In this document: in pieces, positions 26,001 through 36,900 of the stretch
How positions within the stretch are numbered: position 1 is the first letter of the stretch
How the letters are laid out: every line of letters begins with the position of its first letter
NCBI GenBank assembly: GCA_000708835.1
Contig: DF237015.1
Span: 1 to 64,000 of the forward strand
DNA: 64,000 bases
Reading direction: 5' to 3'
From: Klebsormidium nitens
Taxonomy: Eukaryota > Plantae > Klebsormidiophyceae
The notes under the pieces: generated by a model
What the model was told of the DNA's origin: nothing
What the model saw: only the letters and a program-made list of their open reading frames with translations
Databases searched by the model: none
Program-made: the position numbers and the translations under genes

Positions 26001-26264
26001 TTTGTGACTGACGCGTTTAACCACCTGGTTAGCACGGAATGCCCGAAGCTTAGGGAGGACGTGATTTACATCACGGTGGCGTTCACGACTGCGTCATCAG
26101 CGCTCCTGTTCCTTTGCATAGGCTGGTTTGTAGTTTCGCGGCGCGCGCTGCGCGTGAAGCGGACGAACAAGTTCCATACGGAGGGGTACGAGTATAAGGA
26201 CCAGTTTGGGCAGCCGGTTGCGGCAGAGGCGCCGTTTGCTCCGAATCGTGTCGCACGCGTTTAA
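20003..26264 (+). CDS. Tweety/prominin-like multi-pass membrane protein (plant At2g12400/At1g71110-like family, from recall); 8 exons
   Basis: Exons: 20003-20189, 20941-21086, 22253-22443, 23333-23608, 24070-24128, 24655-24763, 25161-25464, 25839-26264. Motifs: RTDPLDSFHQYRGGFDPTNKHYWGSV, a TM followed by CCYFCCC, DTCTAMHEY...LDTILPCVD, CQFVTDAFNHLVSTECPKL. Signal-peptide-like N-terminus and five TM-like segments. Confidence 0.85.
22011..22070 (+). repeat. Intronic decayed copy of the acceptor and start of exon 22253, with an in-frame TGA
   Basis: ttgcag|cct gta gta tgg ctc ggc atc TGA gct tac gtc att ggc gtg versus the true ttgcag|tct gtg ata tgg ctc ggc atc tgg ggt tac gtc atc ggt gtg. Confidence 0.88.
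25025..25094 (+). repeat. Intronic decayed copy of the acceptor and start of exon 25161
   Basis: ggcag|cgtgtccgctgacacgtgcaccaggatgcacgaggacacgcaggacccaccaacac versus cgcag|cgtcaccaccgacacgtgcaccgcgatgcacgagtacacgctggaccccaccaacac. Confidence 0.88.
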
Positions 26265-27625
26265 TTTGGGTGGCTAGGAGCAAATTTAGGCCCGCCATTA
26301 AGTTGCAATAGGGTTGCACCTTGTACACCATCATTAGTTGGAGATGGAGGGACTTGGCCAGATTGCTGAGATTGAAGGATTTAGGGCTGCGTAACACCAG
26401 CTATGGAGTTGCAACTGCTGATTAACAGCTTGTCATACGTATAAACATCATCGTTCACTGATGTTACAGATAGACAGACGAGGGTTTATAGATTCTATGC
26501 AACTGGACCGCCACAGCGGTTAGAATGGTGATATGTATCGGGTTCCTAAAGGCGCTTGCGATCCATTCGTCATTTGTAAACGAAGGTTGGAAGTGTTGGA
26601 CACCTTGAGTGATACCTGCACATTCAACATCGCTGATGTACAGTTTTTTTTTCATGTGGTCTTTGGAACGTGCGTAATCTGCTATTGAGATGTTAAAGTT
26701 GGCTCAGTCAAACCAACTTATCAAAGCCTGCTGCGCTCAACTTCAATCAAGCAACATACAGCGAACTGGGGCCGCCCATGTATACGAGACATGATACTGC
26801 TCAAGCATTCATCATTACGCAATCATTGCTAGTATGTATACAACCGCACTGAATCTTTTACATCTGGGCAGATGCGTGGTTTACGCGCACGTTGTATTTT
26901 ATTGCTAATCCTCGATGAGTCCAATATATGAGTTCACATAAGTCATGCTGATGTGTCAAGTCAGCTGTACCGCGCCGAGGACAACACCTTCTATATGCGG
27001 AAATGCGCGAGCATCGCGTAGCCGCGCTTGCGAGCCATGCTATGATTCATGCATAGCAAATCAGATGCTTAATTGCATGACCGATTGCGCTTATATGTAG
27101 ACAAGCCTGGCGCGCGTTCAAGAGATTTAACAGACCGCCCAACGCTGCTGCAGGGCCACGAGCATTAATCAACTCGACCAATCGGTCGTTTATTTGTGCA
27201 GCCTGGAAGTATTCAGTTTGAAATATTTCCTACAACTACTGGTGATCCAGGCGAAATATTCGCTGTCTTTGCAGTTCTTTGCATGCAGCGACCAAATCGG
27301 ATCAGCCATCCGCCTTACCTGTATTCACAGTATTATTTACACGATGAAACTCGACTTTTCTGCGCGTTCTCCATACCAACACGACTACTGTGTCTGCATC
27401 CTACCGAAAAACGTGCTTAAGTACCAGTTTCTTCCGAAATGATGACTGATCTAGTCGCGAACGGAACTCAAGGATGGAAATGTGGCAGTACGTTGGCAGT
27501 GGCCTCACCGGCCTTTGCCAACTTCTGCACCCGCTCCCTTCGCGGCAAGTCATCCGCCTTTCAACCATTTCTCCCAAGTTCGCGACTCTATTGACTTCGA
27601 ATCCTTAGTTGACCCAGGCCTCCTT

Positions 27626-30600
27626 TCATTCTGGAGAGTTTGATCTCTTGCAGGCCGGTGAATGCAACCGGCCGGGCGGCGAGCTGACGCCAGCGCTCTC
27701 GTCATGGCCCGGGGAAGGTGACCGGACTTCTTCGCTTCCCTTCCGCTTGAGAATCTGGGCGTTGATCCTGTGGATGTCAGCCGCTTGTACGGGCTTTTGG
27801 AGGTACTCCTCCGCCCCCCCTTCGATACACTTCGCGACGCGCTTCGGAAAGTTGTCTGACGACATGATGACGACAGGCACCCGCTCCAGGCCCGTCTCCT
27901 CCTTCTGAAGGGCGATTAGATTGACGTCAGCTTGAAGAAGATGACGCGAAGTCGAAACCGGATCGCACCAGCCCGATAGTCAATATTTGAAGTATTTTGT
28001 TTGAACTAAGTAAGAGCTGATTGCAAACACGATTATATGGAAAGAAAATTTGCTGAGAACGAGAAGTGTGAGCCTATTGCAAGAGCTGTCCTAGGACTGT
28101 GTTTTGGAAGTGACCATAAAAAAGAGCGAGCTTCCGACATTATTGGACCGTTGAAAGTAGACTCAACGCGAAGTTTCTGAAGAAAAAGCTCGAAGTCGAC
28201 GAAATCGATTCACTTCGTGAATTTCGAGCGTTCAAACCCCAGGTTGTTTGTCCCCTACTCTCTGTGCAGCACGCAACTCGTGGTCCTAAAAAAGCACTTC
28301 GATACTAAGGTGTTAGCGTCCGTATGACTGTTGGAGATATCGAGACGCGAAATGGTTCATTGAAGGCGGATGTACAAACTTTCAGCGGGTTCAGAAACCA
28401 GAAGCAAACCGCATCGAGATCCTCTAGAACGCGTCTATTGAGCTGGACCCAATGCAAAAGTCCTTCGCTTCCAAATCATGCATTCAGACGCTTCCAACGA
28501 TGATTCGTCATCGGGAAAGTTACTCTGTCATCAAGAAGGAGCGTAGCGAGCGGCCTCTGGCTGTCCGGGTGCAAATGGCAAAACGGCCTCCTATCGAGCA
28601 CGACTTGGGCTCGACCCTGAAACCCTTTGAAGAGGTTATGACGCAATTTCGGTGATTTTCGAGCAGACTCCACAGATGCAGTGCACTCAAATAACTAGTC
28701 AACGGTGTTGCAACGCGCCTCCAGATGTGCCGCGCCGCACAGGACTTTTGCTCATGAAAAGATCGTCATACCCAGGTAAGAAGCACCAAAAAGTCCTCGA
28801 AAGGTCCAAAAGGTGGCATTCTCGACGCCCTCAATTAGCAATAAGAAATGGTTCGACGCCTGATACAACGGGGCACCGAAGAGAGAAAAGCACGGGACTC
28901 GACGTGAGCAGATTTTCTGCCGAGGATTCAAGATACAGCACCTTTCGGGTGCAAAGGGCCAACGTTGTTGCATGAGCTTTCAGGCGCAAACCCCTGCATA
29001 GTGTACCCAACCTTGGAAGTTTGATAAGCTCGAACGAAATTTGAATCATTTGGAGCATTACTCGCCACCAAGCAGAAAACCCTCCCCGCAAATAGCCCGC
29101 GTTCTTCGGGATTCTTTGCTTTGGCTCGAGGTCCTTGTTTTACAACTTAGGTCCCTCAAGGATATGTTTCCACGTGGCAGACAACTTGGATCAACAATTC
29201 TGTAACCACTTCCATTTTTACGGCTCGCATGTGACCCAAAAAAGTAACTGCGGTGGGGTGACCTCCATTTGGAAGAGGCAACCAGACAGAGATTTCAAAC
29301 GTCGGAAGAGGTTTGACGGGAAGCAGACCGAACATGAACCCGGAGAAACCCCCGCAAGAGCAACTAGAGCGAGACTCACCTTCAGCCTTTGCAGCAGCTG
29401 GTAGCCTGTAAGACCCGGCATGCTGTAGTCCGTCATGATCAGGTCGAAGTTGGGCGGCACCTGCCAATACAATTAGGACACGTGTCAGTTCAACAGTGAC
29501 AAGCCAAAGTCGTCACCGTTCTCATCGCTCACAGGGTGACTGGAAGATACTGAAGAAATGGAGGCGATACAAAAAAGCTTTGCCAGAAGTATCGCCACAT
29601 CATTGAAGATTTGACGACTATTCAAGTCACTGAAGGCGAACCTTATGTACAAGCAAACAGTGCTGTCGGGACTCTGACTGGAGAGCGCTTGATCCAAAAC
29701 TTCAAGCCAGAAGCTGTTTAGCAAAAGTACTAGCCGGATCAAACCCACCGAGTCCCTGAAAAATGCTCAACAGAACAGCTATTGGAACAAACAGGTGTCT
29801 ACAGTATTGACGTGAAGGCTTCAGTGTGCCTTCGACCATCATTTTGTGCAATAGTCAGACCGTAGATGGGGGTAAGAGCAACTGTCCCCCATACCTTTTG
29901 GAGGCCCCCGCCTGCTTCGGAGTCCTCCGCTTTCGACTGGTCGAGTCCCAAAACGCCCAAAGCATGCACACCGCTCTCTGCAGTCGTCACTGAAGAGGAA
30001 AGAGAAGCTGTTGGTTGCAGCGCAGTATATATTTTTGACGTGTCAGGTACCTACGATCCAGCGATTGTACGTATCTTCCAGTCGAACGGAGAGCTTTGCT
30101 GAGTTCGTTTGTTGTTGTCACCATCTTTGGGAGTCAAGTAAAAGTAGGGCTTTGCAGACTTTTATGACACCGTTCTAGGAAGCGGAATCAGGAGCGAGAA
30201 GGCAAAGAGCAACTCTAACAAGCTTCAAACAAGCGTAGAAGCCCCAGACCACATTTCTAGTAGCCCCAAATTAAAGTTGTTAAACAGTGTATCCGAGGGG
30301 CTTACGACTCTGGCAATGTCAGTACGAACCAGCTTAAGAGTAAGGGAATCTTATCCCCAAGTGGGAAGCATACAAAGGTCATAGTAGCCAAGCGGTGCAA
30401 TGTCCGTAGAGAACCTGCCAGGTTAGCTCGAGAATCGTTGCTAGACCAGGCACTTCCTTTATGCAAGGCACACTTCCAAAAGAGCTCGTTTTAAGTCCAA
30501 TGGCACATCATCCTATAATTGTCACACTTCCACAGACTGACAATAAGGGCCCCCAGCAGTGACATAGGAAGTGTATATCCGGAATTCCACTTGCCTTTGT

Positions 30601-31826
30601 TGCAGTATATAAAGGTCAGCTGACCCCTCTTAGCTTTTCAATCGGCGCTAGTAACCAGCACCAAGAACACTACACTCGTGCAAACAGTACGTCCTAAAGG
30701 CCGTCTGAGAAATATTTAAGTAAAGCCTTTTTCACACGGACTTCACGAAATACAAACCGGCTCTGGTGATGGAAAGTAGCTCCAGTCAAGGGCTCCCCTT
30801 TTCAACAATAAGTCTACTGATAGAGAGCAATACTGCAAGTGCTGAGGCTGCTTTGTCACGCGGATTCTGGCATGGTTTAGCAGTAAGCTGACCTTGAGAG
30901 TTGATCCATGATTAAAATCCGTAAGGAAAATATCCTCCAATGACTGGCACGAAATGGATAGATGGAGGAATCTTTCATCTGCTTCTTGGGATTCTCGAGA
31001 ATTGGGGCTTTGGTGGTTTGCTGCAGAAGCTGTACTATTTGTGGTCCAACTGTCTTCTCTGGCAGATTGACCACGCCGTTGCAACTTTGACGCAATTCAA
31101 TAGCCACCCGTTCAAACGGTGTACAAAGTCACGAGCTTTTACCTTGAGAGCAACTCCACTCCTGAAGCTGACATCGTTGTGAGAATCTGTGTCGACACTG
31201 GATTAAGAGAACCAAGCCAAAAGGGATTCAGCCTAGGTAACCAAGTCATGAGAGCGCTCACCTTTATAAGGAACATCTTTCAACAATCGCTCCACCAGCT
31301 TTCGATCCACCGGCGAATCATCGACCGCCAACACGTGCATCATACGCTCGTCGCACCCCTGCGCTCCCCCTTCCTCTTCTACACCTTCATTCGCATCCCG
31401 GTTACTTTCACCCCACCTCCCCTCTTCCAAATGGTGGCGATTCACACCCGACCGTCCAGCATATCCCGCCCCTTCCTCTCTCGTTTTGCCTGGCAACCCT
31501 GGCTGGCTTTGTGGCCTAATCTCTTGTTCAACATCCTCTCCCTTGAGCTCTAACTCAGACTTTTCCACGTTCGAAGGTCCCTCGTCCAACTGACATTCTG
31601 GCGCCAGGTGGCGGTTGACGTCCTCTCCTCCCGGCAGCCATTCAAACAACGACCCCTCCTCTACTTTCCGCCTCTTCAAGTCCGGTTGCACTCCTTCTGG
31701 GTCCAAAGAAACGGGCATCACTTCCAGTGATTGGCCTGGTTGAGATCGCTTGCAGCAGCCTTTGGTGGGCTCATCAGCGGCGTCAGGCAATGGACAGCTG
31801 GCATGCAGCTTGCTATGAGAGGCCAT
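27626..31826 (-). CDS. Type-A response regulator (receiver domain only) with a long N-terminal extension; 4 exons
   Basis: Exons: 31262-31826, 29895-29989, 29380-29460, 27626-27904. Motifs: HVLAVDDSPVDRKLVERLL, FDLIMTDYSMPGLTGYQLLQRLK, VPVVIMSSDNFPKRVAKCIEGGAEEYLQKPV, so the D-D-K triad is intact. The ORF-track start at 31847 is a TTG; the first ATG is at 31826. Confidence 0.92.
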
Positions 31827-32558
31827 GTCTCTCACTGCGCCGTCCAAAGCTGTTGCCCACGCCTAGATCCCCAATCACCAGCTGCTGAACTCCTTGCTGC
31901 GCAAAAACCAGTCGCTTGATGACCAGCACAACTAGAGAAGCAGCAAAAACAGGCTCCTCAACGTGCCCTCAGATTCACAAGCCCACTAGTACTCCACAAC
32001 TGATATTCTGACACTCCTCTTCAGCTGCTCACAAGGCAACGGTCAGAAGGCAAAAGTCTAACACCGTATTCCAGCTAGACGATTGCACCGGTATGTAGTC
32101 CTCGTCGCCGCACAATATCCCCACATGATTCTACCAGCAGCTGCTTTCAGTGCTGTCGAAAGCGCTAGCTACAGCCCGATGTGCGTCAACTACAATGCAC
32201 AAGCCTGAACAATTAGGATACTAAACTGTGTTTAGCAACCTTTTTCCCAACTTCCGATTGTCACACCGCCTGTGTCAAGCGGCTTCCTTAAAAAGGACAG
32301 ATTGCCAATCTGGAGCTCACGAATGGCCTCAACTGTAAAGATTTACAATCTGCAACGGTCCTTCTCTTCGGCTTGAATCTCCAACGACAGATCAAAGTAG
32401 GGTAGGTAGCTGCTAGGGCCAATCCCTTCCAGAAGCAGCAGAGAATCGTAACAGCTCTACCAATTATGTGGACAACATGCCCGATCTTCTTTCCTGCTTT
32501 ACCTATGTGGCAAAACCACCATTCCACATTCGCGCCACCAAACGTAAATGGGAGGCCA

Positions 32559-32987
32559 GTACGGTGGTACGGTAGCGGGCAGCCATTACAAGGAAATCTC
32601 GCAAGATCAATGTCGTACTGCCTAGGCTGCGCAAACTGGCGGCATCATGGCGCATTCAGGAGCACAATTCAATGAAGTCGCGACTGGTCGTTTGGCATGC
32701 AGCCTGCAGGGGGTGGGCGTTACAAATGTGCCCAGATAATACTGGTCAACAAAGGAGCGCAGGCTGCGCAGCAGCCTGTAATTCAACAACTGGCACCCAA
32801 GTGCCATGAAGGCGGTACGGTACCTGATGAGGTAGAACTGCACGGTGTACCGGATCAATTCGGAATGACTCATGAGTCATGAGTCAGGCATGAGTCCTTC
32901 CCCTGTAGAGAGTACCGGTAGGTATGTACGAAGTACATTACGGTACCTACAAGAGTACCCCGATACATGGTACATCGCTGATTGTAC
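32559..32987. promoter_or_regulatory. Cluster of 13 GTAC cores plus tandem TGA(C/G)TCA motifs in a divergent intergenic region
   Basis: GTAC at 32559, 32567, 32615, 32815, 32820, 32847, 32912, 32926, 32933, 32943, 32955, 32970 and 32984. TGACTCA/TGAGTCA at 32866, 32873 and 32880. The regulatory function is inferred. Confidence 0.55.
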
Positions 32988-33995
32988 AGCCGAAGTCACA
33001 CGGGAGAATCCCAAGATCTTCATTCTGATGAAAGCAGCTTACACGTGATAGACTTCTATCGAAAGTGCGTTACATGTTGGAGAGCCCAAACGGCACTGGA
33101 ATTTTGGGAAACGCAATACTCCCGCAGTGCGCGGACGACTTATCAGAGAAGAAATCTCGTATCCAGATTCCACTGTATGTAATAACTGCCTCAGCAATTC
33201 GACGTCGGCAAATTAGCACTCCATATTAAGTGCATCGGGCACACTACCTACATGACTCCGCCTGGCAACCGTCCGCCCAGTCTTTGCGTCATAAAGTGCA
33301 CAAGAGACGTACAGCAGATCTGCAGCGCGGGGAGATATCGGATCGTCGCAAGTCAGTGGATATGGAAGATCAAAACATATCCCCGTATCTCAGATGCCAA
33401 ATGGCGTCTTGTCCAAGATCGAAGTTCAATCGACGGCAATGGAAGTCCTTCCGGAGGAAGATTTCAATTTGACGATCTCGATTTTGTTTTTGAGCTCCAG
33501 CCTTCGCGGTTCCGCCCGCTAGATGCACCGGAATCCGGCGGACTGTGAGGCTTGAAGTTGAGTTCTCGAGAAGGAAGCCGCGCCATAAAATGTGAATTTG
33601 CAATCAAGAAGTGCACATGGGGAGGGCACAGATTGGACGCAGGTTTTCGTGCTGCCCGTGAATGATCCAGTTGGTTTTAACCAGGTCCTTCATGAAATAA
33701 GGTTTGCGATCAGACTGGCCATCAGCTGCAGCTAATCAATGACGTGCGTCATAGCCAGGTCAAACAATCCAAAATGTCCGTCACCTTGATTGAATTACCC
33801 CAGTCTTAATGCTGACGCCCGTGGGGGGGGATTACTTTAGTCCCAATATGTGAAAAGAGTTCCCAGTACGAGAAACTCTGCTCCTCAATTGTATTGAATC
33901 TCAACTCTCCGTTTAATAGAGGCCAAGTGCACAAAATTGGCAGATAACCAAGTGCAGATTATAGGCACAAAGACAAGCTCTCACATAAACTCTCT

Positions 33996-36900
33996 ATGGA
34001 GACTGTACCGGCAAGGCCCGATGGTCGGCCTCCCCGGTCGTACAAAGGCTCGAGCCGTCCGGATCAGCAGAAACGGAGGGAATTGGCGCTGGCCCGGCAG
34101 CGAGAAGCACGGAAAGAACTGCAGGTATGCTCTTTCTTCTCTTCATACACGTCCGGGTTTGAGAAAGCAGAGATGACAAGAATTCGTACTCCTGGCTGTG
34201 TAATGCTGTCATCATACGCTAGAGATGTCGCCTGAATAGACGCTTGTTGCGCAGCAGATCCCTATCCTGGTGCAGGGAGCATTTGCAGCCCATGTGAGTT
34301 AGTGATTTCCCTGTGTTGGTTGTTGAACAAGCACGAGGGTTCAGACTACCAGCATATAGAAAAAGCCAGATCATTATTCGGGTAGGTGAGCTTTTTGGGT
34401 CCAGTTTTTCTTTGACACCACCAGCAGCATTCCTTGGGAGAATATGGCCAAAGAATGCTGCCCAAAATCCCTCGCGCTTGGGCCATCAAACAAGCACCTT
34501 TGCCAGAAACAGTGCTTTGAGAGGCACATTGGTTACAACGACAGCGGCGCTGCCTGTACCGGCAACATGTGAAAAAGATTTTTGAGGCGAATTTCGCTGC
34601 GGGGCGCCTTGGCTTTGATTTCGAGTCGAATCGAGTCGAATGGGGCCCTAAACGAAGCATCCCGCTCCGGAAAAGTGAAGAAGGGGAGCTAGGCCTCGGT
34701 CCAGGGCCGGTTCTCAGAGAAGAGGAACCGGTTACCGCAAAATGGAGCTGTTTCTGATGTTTCCGGTTTCTGTTCTTTGACAGCTGGCCTTGGATCAGGG
34801 CCTAGCTCCGGTTCGTCCGCCACTTTTCGGAGCAGAATGCTCCGTTAGGCCCCAGTCTCGCTTCCGTGTGAAACCGATGTGTCCATGCATCAGTCTGCGC
34901 GAGTTTGAAACACCAAATCATGGGCACAAGTCAAGGCAGGGTCTTACCAGTGCCCAACTAATGAGAAGCCCAACCAGCAGCCACAAACACAACCTGGTTC
35001 AGGCCAAACTCCCCTTTCCATTTTCACCGCAGGCGCATGCGCGAAGGCTGTCTCAAGTCCTGACCGAAGAAGCAGAGTTCAATGACGGCACTCAAGAGGA
35101 CCTGATGTACCTGGAAGCTGAGACTGCTACGGATGAGTCATCATTTCGGCAAGGCACGACGGGACAAGAGCCTGCAGAGTCGAGCGGTATTCCGCCTGGG
35201 GATAGCTTACGGGGTCAGATATCTCCGGGGGATAGCGTACGAGGCCAGCAGTTGCGTGAGTGGTACGCCCGGCAGCTGCTCCAGCCGGAGTGGATGATTG
35301 ACGTGCCGCCGGACCTGGCAACAAACTGGTGATCACATCTCTCTCATTAAAATTTTTGTTTCTTACGTTTTGGCAATCGTTTGTCGCTCTTTTCTCCTGT
35401 TCTCGCCTTCTTGCTGTTTCCATTACAGAAAGTCGTGGCACAGAAGGTACAAGCTTTTGAATTCAGCCTCTGAAATACGGACAAACGGATGAGAAAAATA
35501 AGCTCTGCTGAGCTTTGACTATCGAGAGAAAGTCGGCCGAGCTTGCCGAAGCCTCTCTCATCTTCTTTGCATTGCCCTAACCTGTCGACCCTTCGCTTCC
35601 CAAGGTTCTTCATCCAGTAACTTTCTGAGGCATGAATTTTCCATATGCTCGGTCGTCATGCCGTTCTGGTCCAGAGGTACTCATCGTTTTACACAGCACC
35701 GTACGCACACGTTTGCAGTCCCAAGCTTTCGTTGGCGAATGAGTTTTTGTCCGGCACGCGCTTGCAGTCGCTTCAATCACGCGTGCGCGACCCCACTTTG
35801 AGCCTCTAACGCCTGCATCAGACTCGTCTAGGTGCTCCGTATGCTGTTGAGAGGGCGCAGATTGCGAACGCTCTTCCAAGGATATACGCTTCTTTCGTGC
35901 ATATTGCGCTCTTCCGAATCACTAACTGCGAGTTCAGATTCCGCCTATCACTGACCACGTCACTCTCCGTCCAGGTCCGTTATGGCCCGACCGGAGGGGA
36001 AGCGGTGCCTCGTCATCTCCGCAAACGGGAGCACCGTCAGCCGGCTGAAGAACGGGCGCATCCTGCACACGTTCCCGTCGTTCCTGCCGAACGGGGCGCG
36101 AGTGAAGGGGATCGCCCAGGCCTGCCACGTGTACTGCATCCTCGACTGCATCTTCCATGAGGTGAGGCGCGGTATTATGTTTTGCCGCTTCTCTAGTTGG
36201 CCCCGCCAGCTTCTGTGCAGCCTGGAAATTTGAGATTGTCGCCAAGCGCTCTCTTCGGAGTAGAGAGCTTGAAGACTTCCGGTCCTTTGGCTTAGGAGGC
36301 GTCCCTTTCTTTGTGGCCTGCTGAAGGTCTACTTGACAAATGAAGATTTGGCAGCTCGGTCAGTGGAGACTCGGTTGGACGGGCGGTCTCAGGCGACTCA
36401 AAATCCTTTTGTCGATTGTCTGGTGATCTGCAAACTTAGCGACATCGGTTCACTTCGCTTAGGCCCTTGTGGTCGACCTCTCTATTGAGAGGGGCTACGA
36501 CTGGTTATTCTTGAGCTGGTCGGAACTTCATGGCTGTTTTTCATATCCCAGTCGTCAAAGTACAGCATTGTATCGTTCTATTGTTACATCCGCACAGATA
36601 AACAACTTAGTAGATTCGAACAACTGTCTTTCAGTTGAGTGTTTGAGTATTCTCTCGTACCCTCAGGCCTGAAGTGCTCGCCGCCAGTCAAACACTTTAC
36701 CTTACCCTAACCTGGACTTATTGGGCGAGAGATAAGCCTAACCCGCCTCCCCTTCCGTCCAGCCAGATCAGACCTACTACGTCATCGACATGATGTGCTG
36801 GAAAGGCTACCCCCTATACGACTGCGCGAGCAGCTTCCGCCTCTTTTGGATCGCCACGAAGCTCCCCGAGACCGACGCGTTCCGGCCCCCCGCCCATTAC

